In this document: positions 10,870 to 21,220 of the stretch, one piece after another
Layout: the number at the start of each line of letters is the position of its first letter
Position numbering within the stretch: position 1 is the first letter of the stretch
Notes under the pieces: generated by a model
Databases searched by the model: none
What the model was told of the DNA's origin: nothing
Seen by the model: the letters and a program-made list of their open reading frames with translations, nothing else
From: Chitinophaga pinensis
GTDB lineage: Bacteria; Bacteroidota; Bacteroidia; NS11-12g; UBA955
Length of the DNA stretch: 64,000 nucleotides
Reading direction: 5' to 3'
NCBI GenBank assembly: GCA_945888525.1
Contig: CAMDAF010000007.1
Span: 17,127-81,126 of the forward strand
Position numbers and translations under genes: made by a program

Positions 10870-12192
10870 TTAGTTTGCTTTTTGTCTGCCTATACACTCA
10901 TAATGGAATCCTAAGGCTTTCAGATCTTCTGGTTCATAAATATTCCTTCCGTCAAAGATTGCTTTTTGTTTTAAAGTGGAAGCGATTTTTGCGAAATCAG
11001 GTGACCTAAATTCCGGCCATTCAGTTACTATTACCAATGCATCAGCGCCTTCAAGTGTTGCATATTGATCAATTGAATACGTAATTTTATTCCCTAAAAT
11101 CCGTTCAGCCTCGTGCATTGCAACTGGATCGTAAGCTACAACTTTCGCTCCTGAGGCTATAAGCTCGTCTATAATTACCAAACTTGGCGCCTCGCGCATA
11201 TCATCCGTTTTTGGTTTAAAGGACAAGCCCCACATTGCTATCGTTTTGCCTGCTAGTGAACCAAAATAATTTGACAATTTTGAGAACATCACTTGCTTTT
11301 GACCGTCATTTACTTGCTCCACGGCTTTTAAAACTTGCATGCTGTAACCATGTTCATCGGCAGTTTTAATCAATGCTTTTACATCTTTAGGAAAACAAGA
11401 TCCTCCATAGCCTATACCAGGATAAATGAATTTATGACCAATGCGGCTATCACTTCCTATGCCCTTGCGCACCATGTTTACATCGGCACCCATAATTTCA
11501 CATAAATTAGCTATGTCATTCATAAAACTAATCTTAGTGGCCAACATACTATTTGCGGCATATTTCGTCATTTCTGCACTGGGAATATCCATAAAAATAC
11601 AAGGATGCCCATTCAACAAAAACGGCTTATACAAGCGGTTCATTACTTCTTGCGCTTTATCAGATTCAACACCGATGACAATTCTATCTGGCTTCATAAA
11701 ATCGTCAATCGCGGCGCCTTCCTTCAAAAATTCAGGATTGCTAGCTACGTCAAAATCAACATTGCTTTTACGTTCATTCAATGCATTTTTTAGTGCAGTT
11801 CTTACCTTGTTGGCAGTTCCAACTGGCACAGTGCTTTTGGTAACAACCACCATATAGTCTTGCATATAAGTCCCAATTTCTGTCGCAACACCCAATACAT
11901 ATTTTAAGTCTGCACTACCATCTTCATCAGGCGGGGTTCCTACTGCAATAAATGCAGCTTCACAACCCTCAATGCTGTCCTTCAAGCTGGTGGAAAAGCT
12001 TAATCTTCCTTTGTCAAAATTGCGCTTTACCATTTCATCTAGTCCTGGCTCGTAAATTGGCAAAATGCCTTGTTTTAAATTATCAATTTTCTTTTGGTCA
12101 ATATCTATGCAGACAACATTAAGACCAACTTCTGCAAAACAGGTTCCGGTAACCAAACCAACATACCCCGTTCCTACAACTGCTATTTTCAT
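10870..12192 (-). CDS. ugd: UDP-glucose 6-dehydrogenase
   Basis: [25 protein letters not shown]. Confidence 0.95.
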   Translation of the reverse strand: MKIAVVGTGYVGLVTGTCFAEVGLNVVCIDIDQKKIDNLKQGILPIYEPGLDEMVKRNFDKGRLSFSTSLKDSIEGCEAAFIAVGTPPDEDGSADLKYVLGVATEIGTYMQDYMVVVTKSTVPVGTANKVRTALKNALNERKSNVDFDVASNPEFLKEGAAIDDFMKPDRIVIGVESDKAQEVMNRLYKPFLLNGHPCIFMDIPSAEMTKYAANSMLATKISFMNDIANLCEIMGADVNMVRKGIGSDSRIGHKFIYPGIGYGGSCFPKDVKALIKTADEHGYSMQVLKAVEQVNDGQKQVMFSKLSNYFGSLAGKTIAMWGLSFKPKTDDMREAPSLVIIDELIASGAKVVAYDPVAMHEAERILGNKITYSIDQYATLEGADALVIVTEWPEFRSPDFAKIASTLKQKAIFDGRNIYEPEDLKALGFHYECIGRQKAN

Positions 12193-13328
12193 TTTTGTTT
12201 TATAATTTGTTTAAATGTGTATGCAATATATTCTATGCTCTCTTGGCTCATCTCGGTACCAATAGGTAAACTAATTACTGTTTTACATAGGTTTTCACAA
12301 ATAGGCAAACTCTGGTCATTTCTGAAAGCTTCCTGTTTGTGCACTGGTATTGGATAGTATACCATGCTTGATATTCCTGCTGCCTTTAATGCCGTCACAA
12401 TATTTGTCCTATCGCCCTGCAAAACCTGCAAGGTATATTGATGAAAAACATGACTGGATTTATTAAACCGCTTAGGGATTTTTACCTGCTCAATGTCTTT
12501 GAAAGCGTTATCGTAAGCAGCAGCGGTTTCTTGCCTTAATTTAGTAAAATGGTTTAAATGCTTTAATTTAACCAACAATATAGCGGCTTGCAAGGTGTCC
12601 AATCGTGAATTAATACCAACCAATTTGTGCTGGTATTTTATTTCCTGCCCATGGTTTGCCAAAGTTTTTATCTTCTTCGCTAAAACATCGTCATTGGTAA
12701 ATACAGCACCCCCATCGCCATAGGCCCCTAAATTTTTAGAAGGGAAAAACGAAGTTGTACCAATGTGACCAATGCCACCGGCAGGTTTTATACTGCCATC
12801 TGAATAAAAACATTCTGCACCAATTGATTGTGCATTGTCTTCAATGACATATAAATTGTGCTTCTCTGCTATGGCCATAATGGATTCCATGTCGCAACAC
12901 TGGCCAAACAAATGCACTGGAACGATAGCCTTCGTTTTTGGTGTAATGTGCTTCTCTATTTCAAATGGATCCAAATTAAAGGTATCTGTATCCACCTCTG
13001 CAAAAACAGGAACCAAATTCAACAACTTACATACTTCGGCTACAGCAATGTAGGTAAACCCAGGGCAAATCACTTCAGAACCTTCTGGCAATTCCAATGA
13101 CATGAAGGATAATTGCAAGGCATCAGTGCCATTAGCACATGGTATGACGTGCTTTATTCCTGTGTAAATCGATAGTTCTTTTGCGAACTCTCCAACCTCA
13201 GAACCATTGACAAATGAAGCATTTTCTAATACCGATTCTATAGCTGGCATTAAGTCCCCTTTCAATTGCTGAAACTGGGCACTTAAATCCAACATTGGAT
13301 AAGCTTTTAAATCATTTGAAAATTTCAC
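12189..13328 (-). CDS. DegT/DnrJ/EryC1/StrS sugar aminotransferase
   Basis: NGTDAL, EDNAQS, SFFPSKNLGAYGDGG (PLP Lys). GTG start at 13328 follows a TATCTTTG -7 element. Confidence 0.92.
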   Translation of the reverse strand: MKFSNDLKAYPMLDLSAQFQQLKGDLMPAIESVLENASFVNGSEVGEFAKELSIYTGIKHVIPCANGTDALQLSFMSLELPEGSEVICPGFTYIAVAEVCKLLNLVPVFAEVDTDTFNLDPFEIEKHITPKTKAIVPVHLFGQCCDMESIMAIAEKHNLYVIEDNAQSIGAECFYSDGSIKPAGGIGHIGTTSFFPSKNLGAYGDGGAVFTNDDVLAKKIKTLANHGQEIKYQHKLVGINSRLDTLQAAILLVKLKHLNHFTKLRQETAAAYDNAFKDIEQVKIPKRFNKSSHVFHQYTLQVLQGDRTNIVTALKAAGISSMVYYPIPVHKQEAFRNDQSLPICENLCKTVISLPIGTEMSQESIEYIAYTFKQIIKQK

Positions 13329-13433
13329 TGCGCGCAAAGATAAGCCCTATTTTTTCAAATGAAAACTAAACGCGTCAATTTAAATTATCAATCGAAATCT
13401 TGACGTATTACAGATTGCTCCCCTCTCGGCCAA

Positions 13434-13478
13434 TGTGACCATTATCACATTTTATTGTTTCGATTAGCTCTAATTTTG
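13434..13478 (+). promoter_or_regulatory. CRP/FNR-type palindrome plus Bacteroidota -7 promoter
   Basis: TGTGA-CCATTA-TCACA at 13434-13449; TAATTTTG at 13471-13478. Confidence 0.7.
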
Positions 13479-13500
13479 CAGTATCAAATCATCAAAACAC

Positions 13501-14913
13501 ATGAAATTAGAACAAATTTATACCGGCTGTATCGCCCACGCTGCCTATTATTTAGAAAGCAATGGAGAAGCTGCAATCTTTGACCCACTGAGAGAAGTTC
13601 AACCCTACATTGACAGAGCAAACAAAGACAATGCTAAAATCAAATATGTTTTTGAAACACATTTTCACGCAGACTTTGTTTCCGGTCACCTCGATTTAGC
13701 TAAAAAGACCGGTGCAGAAATAGTGTATGGCCCAACAGCCAAACCTGTTTTTGACGCAGTAGTTGCCGCAGACTATCAAATTTTTAAAGTGGGTGGGTAT
13801 CAAGTTAAAGTGCTACATACTCCAGGACATACCATGGAAAGTACTTGTTATTTGATAATTGATGAAACAGGTAAAGAACATGGTTTAATTTCAGGTGATA
13901 CATTATTTATTGGTGATGTTGGTCGTCCTGATTTGGCGCAACATGTCATAGCAGAATTAACAAGTGAAAAACTAGCCGCCCATTTATACGATTCTTTGCG
14001 CAATAAAATCATGCCTTTGGCAGACGATATAATCATCTACCCTAACCACGGTGCAGGTAGCGCTTGTGGTAAAAACATGAGCAAAGAAACCACCGATACT
14101 CTAGGCCATCAAAAACAAGTGAATTATGCCCTGAGAGCAGATATGGGCAAAGAGGAATTTATGACAGAACTTCTAGATGGACTTACAACGCCTCCTGCGT
14201 ATTTTCCGAAAAATGTTTTAATGAATATCCGCGGTTACGATAGTTTTGATGACATCATGGAACGTGGCATGCAAGCGTTGAATCCGGACTCTTTTGAAGC
14301 CGTCGCTAATGAAACAGAAGCACTTATTTTAGACACGCGTGAAGCCAATGATTTTGCTAAAGGATTTATTCCAAATTCAATCAATATTGGTATCGATGGA
14401 AACTTCGCCCCATGGGTCGGCGCATTACTTCCAGACATCAAGCAGGAAATACTAATTGTTGCCGATAAAGATAGAGAAAAGGAAGTCATAACAAGACTTG
14501 CTCGTGTGGGCTACGACCACCCAATTGCCTACCTAGATGGTGGTTTTGAGGCTTGGAAAAAGGAAGGGAAAGAAATTGATACTGTCAATCGTATTGCAGC
14601 CGATGCTTTTGAAATTAAGTTGTTAGAAAACCCGATCGTAATTGATCTTAGAAATACAAACGAATTCAATGCAGACCATGTGAAAGATGCCATCAATATT
14701 CCCCTCGAATATATCAACGAACACCTCGCTGAATTCCCTAAAGAAAAACCGTTTGTAATGCATTGCGCAGGTGGCTACAGAAGTATGGTGGCTGCCTCAA
14801 TATTAAAATCTAGAGGGTGGAATAATTTTGTAGATGTTGAATCTGGTTTCTCTGGCATCTCTAAAACCTCTGTTCCTGTCATTTCAAATGCTTGCCAAAA
14901 ATCAAAAAGTTAA
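13501..14913 (+). CDS. MBL-fold persulfide dioxygenase-rhodanese fusion (CstB-like)
   Basis: THFHADF, HTPGHT, GDTLFIGDVGRPDL, HGAGSACG, two rhodanese domains with C-terminal HCAGGYRS. Confidence 0.9.
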   Translation: MKLEQIYTGCIAHAAYYLESNGEAAIFDPLREVQPYIDRANKDNAKIKYVFETHFHADFVSGHLDLAKKTGAEIVYGPTAKPVFDAVVAADYQIFKVGGYQVKVLHTPGHTMESTCYLIIDETGKEHGLISGDTLFIGDVGRPDLAQHVIAELTSEKLAAHLYDSLRNKIMPLADDIIIYPNHGAGSACGKNMSKETTDTLGHQKQVNYALRADMGKEEFMTELLDGLTTPPAYFPKNVLMNIRGYDSFDDIMERGMQALNPDSFEAVANETEALILDTREANDFAKGFIPNSINIGIDGNFAPWVGALLPDIKQEILIVADKDREKEVITRLARVGYDHPIAYLDGGFEAWKKEGKEIDTVNRIAADAFEIKLLENPIVIDLRNTNEFNADHVKDAINIPLEYINEHLAEFPKEKPFVMHCAGGYRSMVAASILKSRGWNNFVDVESGFSGISKTSVPVISNACQKSKS

Positions 14914-14914
14914 T

Positions 14915-15211
14915 ATGGAAAACACAATTTTAAACACCGAAAAAACCAAGAGCACATTTATCGTAGCCAACCTTAAATGCAGCGGATGCGCTAAAACCAT
15001 TCACAATAAAATTAGTGAAATAGAAGGAGTTGATGAGGTAAAAGTAGATGTTGAAAATGCACGTATTGACATTCAACACAATGCTTCCATTGACCGCCAT
15101 CAATTTAGTGAAAAACTTGCCAAAATTGGTTACCCTGAAATTGGTGATGACAACAACTTACTAACCCAAATGAAAAGCTATGCCAGTTGCATGGTAGGTA
15201 AAATCAGTTAA
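14915..15211 (+). CDS. Heavy-metal-associated (HMA) domain protein
   Basis: NLKCSGC motif. ATG 14915 lies just after the previous stop. Confidence 0.88.
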   Translation: MENTILNTEKTKSTFIVANLKCSGCAKTIHNKISEIEGVDEVKVDVENARIDIQHNASIDRHQFSEKLAKIGYPEIGDDNNLLTQMKSYASCMVGKIS

Positions 15212-15267
15212 AAAATATGCAGAAAGAAACCTATATATTATTTTAATAAAATATAGAAAATAACAAT

Positions 15268-15564
15268 ATGAGTAATTTTAATGACATTATACAAAGCGAA
15301 ACGCCAGTCTTGGTTGACTTCTTTGCTGAATGGTGCGGACCTTGCAAAATGATGAAACCAATTTTGGAAGACCTCAAATCCAAGATGGGAGAAAATGTGC
15401 GCATTATAAAGATTGATGTAGACAAAAATCCCGCAATTGCAGCCCAATACCGCATACAGGGTGTTCCAACCTTAATGGTGTTCAAACAAGGACAATCAAA
15501 ATGGAGACAAAGCGGGGTTCTTAGTGCAGCCGATTTGCAAAAAGTTATTGCAAGTGTGAATTAA
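15268..15564 (+). CDS. trxA: Thioredoxin
   Basis: WCGPC active site, GVPT cis-Pro loop. Confidence 0.95.
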   Translation: MSNFNDIIQSETPVLVDFFAEWCGPCKMMKPILEDLKSKMGENVRIIKIDVDKNPAIAAQYRIQGVPTLMVFKQGQSKWRQSGVLSAADLQKVIASVN

Positions 15565-15630
15565 CGTTTGAAGATTTCAATTAGATCAGCATCAAGAGCA
15601 AACGACTTATAAATTTTTCATATTCATCAC

Positions 15631-16902
15631 TTAAGAAACACAAGCATCATATAAAATTTTCATATCCTTCAATTCACTTGTCATCTTTGCTTTTTCAAAA
15701 TACGCTTTGGCATATACCAAACGTAGATGCTTATTTTCTCTTAACATCAGCAAGGGTTTTACTATAGGATTAAACACCAAATCGCCACCTGTATTTTTTC
15801 CTATCTCTAATTTCACAAAGGCTGTTACATGGCACCAAGTGTAAATATCATAGGCGATAAAATCACCCAAACTGTAAATCGCAAAACCTTGTTTTTCTTT
15901 TCCAGTGTTAGGGTCTTTAAATGCATACGAGCGCCAAGGCTGCATGTTGTGCGGATGCCCGCCCGCTATTACGTCTACCCCACAAGTATCAAATATTTTT
16001 TGGAACAATTTAACCGTAAGCTCAGAAGGATAAACTTGATATGCATTGCCTGCGTGAACCGAGCAAATTATAAATTCAGCACCAGCGTTCCGGCAATCTT
16101 TTACCTGTTGCTCTATCATATCTATAGAACAATCCTTGGTATTCAACGGCAAATAATTCACCCGCCATTCCTCCCTTTTTTCGGGTAAAAATTGATTCAA
16201 GGAATAGGTAAACGCAACAAACCCAATTTTTATTCCATTGACTTCCACTATTTTAAAATCTTTATCCTCTTTTTGAGATTTAGCCCCTACTGATTTTATG
16301 TTCTTATTGTTTAAAAACTCTATCGTTTTATCTATCCCCTCACTGCCTTGATCCAGGGTATGGTTGTTGGCTATACTTAAGACATCAAAGCCTCTGTATT
16401 TACCTTGGCCATTAAAGATACTAAATGTTTTTTTATCCGTATTGAAATGCATGTCAGACAACATTACTTCGGGTACAAAATTGTTTTTATGTCCCTCGTG
16501 CAAGGGTGTCTCTAAATTGGCAAATACCACATCGCTGCCAAAAAATTCAGCGCCAACCTCATTCCATAAGTTTTGTGTAAATTCCTCATGTATCATTTCA
16601 TAAGGCATTAAATCGCCGCCTATGGAAACTGTGACCAAAGGCTCTACAATTTGATTATCTAGAACTGGTTTTTCTTTGAAATGCCTTTCCACTTCAATGC
16701 TGTCAGCCAATAAAGGCGATTTGAAATAGTATTTATAGGCAAAATAGACAATATCCTTAAACCCCATAGTTATTGGGTTCTCTTCAAAAGTTCTAGCTCT
16801 AAGCCATTTTTTACCTTTGATTAAATAAAGCGGCAAACATAAAAACTGAATGATGTGGCAAAGAATAATGCCTTTGATGCTATGTGGTCTAACAGCCTTC
16901 AT
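15631..16902 (-). CDS. CapA family metallophosphoesterase
   Basis: GGDLM, ANLETP, SIANNHTLD, GGHPH, YSLGDF. Confidence 0.88.
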   Translation of the reverse strand: MKAVRPHSIKGIILCHIIQFLCLPLYLIKGKKWLRARTFEENPITMGFKDIVYFAYKYYFKSPLLADSIEVERHFKEKPVLDNQIVEPLVTVSIGGDLMPYEMIHEEFTQNLWNEVGAEFFGSDVVFANLETPLHEGHKNNFVPEVMLSDMHFNTDKKTFSIFNGQGKYRGFDVLSIANNHTLDQGSEGIDKTIEFLNNKNIKSVGAKSQKEDKDFKIVEVNGIKIGFVAFTYSLNQFLPEKREEWRVNYLPLNTKDCSIDMIEQQVKDCRNAGAEFIICSVHAGNAYQVYPSELTVKLFQKIFDTCGVDVIAGGHPHNMQPWRSYAFKDPNTGKEKQGFAIYSLGDFIAYDIYTWCHVTAFVKLEIGKNTGGDLVFNPIVKPLLMLRENKHLRLVYAKAYFEKAKMTSELKDMKILYDACVS

Positions 16903-16911
16903 ATTTGAAAA

Positions 16912-18270
16912 CTATGCCCCTAACAATATTCTACCTAAAGAGAAATAAACCGTTAACCCAATAATATCATTTATCGTGGTTACAAAAGGCCCAGTTGCCA
17001 AAGCAGGGTCTATTTTAAATTTTTCTAAAATCAAAGGCGTAATGGTTCCTAATAAGGAAGCAAAAATAATTACAGTTATCAAAGCAATGCTTACAACAAT
17101 GCTCAAATCATAATTGTGACCAATAATTAAATTGAACATCAGCAACAAAGCTGAACAAGCCAATCCATTAATTAGCGATACTGTAAATTCTTTGGCCAAT
17201 TTTGGCATTATATTTTTACTCTTAAGGGTATTGTTTGCCAAACCTTGAACAATAATTGCCGATGATTGAACACCTGCATTACCACCCATAGCCGCTACCA
17301 CAGGCATAAAAAAGGCCATTTGTGGCAAATGAGAAATATCGGTTTCAAAATTTGACACCAACATCGAGCTTCCCAAACCTCCTATTAACCCAACCATTAA
17401 CCAAGGCAAGCGCGCTTTTGATAAAATCAAAACCTTGTCTTCACTCACTACGCTATCACTCAAACCCGCTTGCAACTGAAAATCCTTGTCTGCCTCTTCT
17501 TTGATGAAATCAACCACGTCATCAATGGTAATACGACCGATTAAGCGGTTCATGCTGTCAATTACTGGAATGGTAATTAAATCGTATTTGTTCATCAAAC
17601 GAGCCACCTCTTCTCCAGTTGCATACGCATTAACTGCTATGAATTCAGTATTGGTTATTTCAATAACGGACGTATGGGCTTTTGATAAAACAATGTCTTT
17701 CAAAGACACAACCCCATTTAAAATATTTTTATCGTCCACCACATAAACGGCATGGACCGAATCAACTTCTTCAGCTTGTAAACGAATTTCTTCAATGCAT
17801 TGACTAACCGTCCAATTGTGTTTTACCTGAACCAACTCTTTTGCCATCAAACCACCTGCCACATCGTCATCGTAATGCAACATGGCCGCCAAATTCTTTG
17901 CATAATCTTGGTCATCCAAATACGACAAAACTTCTTCTGCTTTTCGGGTCGGCAATAAATTCAGAATATCCACCGAGTCATCCGAGTCCAAATAAGAAAC
18001 CACATCATCTGCAATTTCTTTGGAAGTATAACCCTTGAAAAAACGCTCTTGTAATTCTTCATCCAAAGAACGAATAATTTCAACAGCTTCTTTTTGACCT
18101 ACAACCTTGATAATAAACTTGGCTTCATCCAATTCTATATCCCAAAAAATATCAGCTATATCTTCTGGACGATAGGCTTCAAGAAGCAAGCGCACAGCCT
18201 CAGCCTCATGATTTTCAATCAGAGGTTGAATTTGAAGTAGCAATTGCTTTTCTGATACTTGATTGGTCAT
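16912..18270 (-). CDS. mgtE: Magnesium transporter MgtE
   Basis: N-domain, CBS pair, ARLPWL, MGGNAGVQ, DPALATGPFVTT. Confidence 0.95.
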   Translation of the reverse strand: MTNQVSEKQLLLQIQPLIENHEAEAVRLLLEAYRPEDIADIFWDIELDEAKFIIKVVGQKEAVEIIRSLDEELQERFFKGYTSKEIADDVVSYLDSDDSVDILNLLPTRKAEEVLSYLDDQDYAKNLAAMLHYDDDVAGGLMAKELVQVKHNWTVSQCIEEIRLQAEEVDSVHAVYVVDDKNILNGVVSLKDIVLSKAHTSVIEITNTEFIAVNAYATGEEVARLMNKYDLITIPVIDSMNRLIGRITIDDVVDFIKEEADKDFQLQAGLSDSVVSEDKVLILSKARLPWLMVGLIGGLGSSMLVSNFETDISHLPQMAFFMPVVAAMGGNAGVQSSAIIVQGLANNTLKSKNIMPKLAKEFTVSLINGLACSALLLMFNLIIGHNYDLSIVVSIALITVIIFASLLGTITPLILEKFKIDPALATGPFVTTINDIIGLTVYFSLGRILLGA

Positions 18271-19040
18271 AACGGTTGTTCTAAAAACTGTGTAAGTTTA
18301 ATAAAGTCATGGTGACTTAATTGTTCAGCGCGCAATTTAGCAAATTCATGGCTTTCTTGCAGATTAAATTTATGTAAAGCATTTCTCAGTGTTTTTCGTC
18401 TCTGGTTAAATGCTGTTTTTACCACATCAAAAAATAAGACACGTGAGCATGGTAGCACATATCCATCAATTCGTGTTGCTTTTATAACACCAGTGTGAAC
18501 CTTTGGCGGGGGCGTAAATTGCTCGGGGCCAACCGTAAATTGATACGAAGTATTATAAAAAGTATTTAAAAAAACACTTAGAATCCCATAGGTTTTTGAG
18601 CCAGGGCCTGCAACCAAGCGCTCAGCCACTTCTTTTTGAAACATCCCCCCAAAGCCTTTAACTTTCGAAATATTGTCAAGTACTTTAAAAACAATTTGTG
18701 AGCTAATATTGTATGGGAAATTTCCTAAAATCAAAACATCGTCAGGGAAAAACATTTCATCATTTCGCGCATCTAGGAAGTCGCCCTCCATTAATTTCAA
18801 GCCTTTGGGTACAAAATTTTCTTTGAGAAATGCCACCGACTCTCTGTCTAATTCAATGGCTCGGACTTCTTTGAAATTCGTCATTAAATACTGGGTTAAA
18901 ACCCCTGTTCCCGGACCTATTTCCAATACGGGTAAATCCAATCCATCTCCATTAAACATCGAAGCGACCTTCTCTGCAATACTGACATCATTTAAAAAAT
19001 GCTGGCCTAGATGTTTTTTTGGTTTTACAAAATGTTTCAA
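18267..19040 (-). CDS. rsmA: 16S rRNA m6,2A1518/1519 dimethyltransferase
   Basis: KKHLGQHFL, EIGPGTG, GNFPYNIS, FNQRRKTLRN. Confidence 0.95.
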   Translation of the reverse strand: MKHFVKPKKHLGQHFLNDVSIAEKVASMFNGDGLDLPVLEIGPGTGVLTQYLMTNFKEVRAIELDRESVAFLKENFVPKGLKLMEGDFLDARNDEMFFPDDVLILGNFPYNISSQIVFKVLDNISKVKGFGGMFQKEVAERLVAGPGSKTYGILSVFLNTFYNTSYQFTVGPEQFTPPPKVHTGVIKATRIDGYVLPCSRVLFFDVVKTAFNQRRKTLRNALHKFNLQESHEFAKLRAEQLSHHDFIKLTQFLEQPL

Positions 19041-19112
19041 CGGTTCAAATTTACACCCATTTTTTGGATAAGTCTAAACACGAGAACCATAATCTATTAA
19101 ATTACTAATTAT

Positions 19113-19127
19113 TGGTACAGTTTTTGA
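19113..19127 (+). promoter_or_regulatory. Putative sigma54 (-24/-12) promoter
   Basis: TGGTACAGTTTTTGA = GG-N10-GA, about 30 nt before ATG 19156. Confidence 0.55.
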
Positions 19128-19155
19128 AATACTTTTGAAATCAAAAAGGAATAAC

Positions 19156-19728
19156 ATGAAAAAAATAATACTTAGCTCATTTTTAGCGTTGGCAATATTG
19201 CCAATGTTTGCTCAGGACATTCCAGGCTCATTGCCTCAAGCAGCTCCAGCAATGACAATGAATCCAGAATTCATTCAGTTTAAAATAACCTCCCACGATT
19301 TTGGGAATGTTAAACAAAACAATCCAGTTAGCTATACTTTCGAATTTAAAAATATTGGAACCAAAGACATCACCTTGGTAAACGTTCAAGCTTCTTGCGG
19401 TTGCACAACGCCAAATTGGAAAGGCGGCATTTACAAACCAGGCGAAACTGCACAAATCACAGCAACGTTTAACGCTGCAAGCGAAGGTTACTTTTCAAAA
19501 AACGTTACCGTAACAACCTCAGAGGGTGTTAATTCTTTAACGATTTCAGGTATGGTAATGGTTCCAGCAGCCTATGATGATTGGAAGATTAAACAAGATT
19601 CAATTGATCTTTCGAAAGCAAAATTAGAAAAAGGCGAAAGCAAAAAGTCGGAAAAAAAATCCAGCAAATCATCTAAAGATAAAGACGGACAAAAATCTAA
19701 AGATGCAGACAGACCTAAAAGAAAATAA
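19156..19728 (+). CDS. DUF1573 domain protein with Lys-rich C-terminal tail
   Basis: Signal peptide, HDFG, F.F.N.G, ASCGCTTP, PGE. Confidence 0.88.
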   Translation: MKKIILSSFLALAILPMFAQDIPGSLPQAAPAMTMNPEFIQFKITSHDFGNVKQNNPVSYTFEFKNIGTKDITLVNVQASCGCTTPNWKGGIYKPGETAQITATFNAASEGYFSKNVTVTTSEGVNSLTISGMVMVPAAYDDWKIKQDSIDLSKAKLEKGESKKSEKKSSKSSKDKDGQKSKDADRPKRK

Positions 19729-19769
19729 CCATCAGACAAAAAAAGTTCTCAATTAATCCCGAATACAAC

Positions 19770-20273
19770 ATGAAAAAAATCGCAATCCTAAGCCTTTCGG
19801 CTCTATTGGTAATTGGAATTTCAGCATTTCAAGCACCTAAAAAACCAAAAAAAGCAGTAAAAGCTGTTAAAAAAGAAGCACCTAAAGCAAAAGTTGTTTT
19901 ATCAGACAAAGCATACGATGTGAAATTCGATAGATCATTCCACGACTTTGGTAAAGCAACCGAAGGCGAGCAAGTTGAAACGATATTTGTAATCACCAAT
20001 ATTGGCAAAGAGCCAGTTATTATAAAAAGCCATGAAGTTCAATGTGGTTGCACCACCCCTTCTTATTCTTTAGAGCCAATAATGCCTGGCAAGAGCAGCA
20101 ATGTTAAAGTTGGCTTTAATACCAATGGCAAAATGGGCATCAACGAAAAAACAGTTAAAATCATTACCAACGGCGGTACCCACGAATTGAAATTCAAATG
20201 CGAAGTAACCGCTAAACCAAATGTTGACCCAATTGAACCTGCAGGAAGTGCAATTAAATTGAAAACCAACTAA
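19770..20273 (+). CDS. DUF1573 domain protein with Lys/Ala-rich N-terminal segment
   Basis: Signal peptide, HDFG, QCGCTTP, IMPGKS. Confidence 0.88.
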   Translation: MKKIAILSLSALLVIGISAFQAPKKPKKAVKAVKKEAPKAKVVLSDKAYDVKFDRSFHDFGKATEGEQVETIFVITNIGKEPVIIKSHEVQCGCTTPSYSLEPIMPGKSSNVKVGFNTNGKMGINEKTVKIITNGGTHELKFKCEVTAKPNVDPIEPAGSAIKLKTN

Positions 20274-20295
20274 GATCTTTCATTTTTAAAATTAT

Positions 20296-20334
20296 AAGCG
20301 TTGTATTGTTTCAAAAGCATACAACGCTTTTTTT
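20296..20334 (+). terminator. Intrinsic terminator or stabilising stem-loop within the DUF1573 array
   Basis: AAGCGTTGTAT...ATACAACGCTT followed by a T run. Confidence 0.7.
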
Positions 20335-20340
20335 ATACCC

Positions 20341-20724
20341 ATGTTAAAATCGAACATCCAGTATATTTTCATTCTTACTCTTACATTAATTGCTGCAAGC
20401 GGATTTATTTTTGAAAAAAAAGGCATAGTTTGGAGCAAAAAAGAATTTGATTTTGGAACCATTAAGCAAGGAGATTTAACCAAGACCAGCTTTACTTGCT
20501 ATAACTATTCAGATTCCATATTAATCTTCGAAAATGTTATGCCTTCATGCGGTTGTGTGGCACCTCTATGGCAGAAAACACCAATAAATCCTGGCGACTC
20601 AAGTATATTGTCAGTTGAATTCGATTCGAAAGGGAAAAGCAAACAACACAGCAAAACCATAGCGGTTTATACCAACCAAGGTCTCTTCGAATTGTTTATC
20701 AAGGCCAATATTATTAAGCAATGA
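20341..20724 (+). CDS. DUF1573 domain protein
   Basis: FDFGTI, PSCGCVAP, INPGDS. Confidence 0.85.
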   Translation: MLKSNIQYIFILTLTLIAASGFIFEKKGIVWSKKEFDFGTIKQGDLTKTSFTCYNYSDSILIFENVMPSCGCVAPLWQKTPINPGDSSILSVEFDSKGKSKQHSKTIAVYTNQGLFELFIKANIIKQ

Positions 20725-20734
20725 TTTTTCTTTT

Positions 20735-20749
20735 CGGCACGGAATTTGT
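20735..20749 (+). promoter_or_regulatory. Putative sigma54 (-24/-12) promoter
   Basis: CGGCACGGAATTTGT = GGCAC-N5-TTG, about 28 nt before ATG 20777. Confidence 0.55.
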
Positions 20750-20776
20750 TTTATCACTTTCAAAATAACATTTTAC

Positions 20777-21202
20777 ATGATTTCAGTTTTTACTTATCTA
20801 TTTGCGTTGATGTCAATTACTTCAATCAACAACACCAACTCTCCAACAGTTGACGAACCAAAAGACATCGAATGGAAAAAAACATCTCACGATTTTGGAG
20901 AAATTGTACAAGGAACAAAAGCCAAATACACTTTCACCTTTATCAACAAAGGTGCAGTACCTATTGTAATCAACAATGCTGCCGCTTCATGTGGTTGTAC
21001 TGTTCCAAATTTTAGTAAAGAGCCAGTTCCTGCAGGGGCTCAAGGTTCTGTAACTGTTATTTTTGATTCATCTGGGAAAAACGGAAACTTTTCAAAAAAT
21101 GTAACTGTTACTACCAATCTTGGTCAATCAATATTGTTCATTAAAGGCAATATTATTACCGAAGCAGCTAAACCGAAATCTCCTGTTCAAATTGGTGATT
21201 GA
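20777..21202 (+). CDS. DUF1573 domain protein
   Basis: HDFGEI, ASCGCTVP, GNFSKNVTV. Confidence 0.88.
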   Translation: MISVFTYLFALMSITSINNTNSPTVDEPKDIEWKKTSHDFGEIVQGTKAKYTFTFINKGAVPIVINNAAASCGCTVPNFSKEPVPAGAQGSVTVIFDSSGKNGNFSKNVTVTTNLGQSILFIKGNIITEAAKPKSPVQIGD

Positions 21203-21220
21203 TTACTATTTTATAATTCT

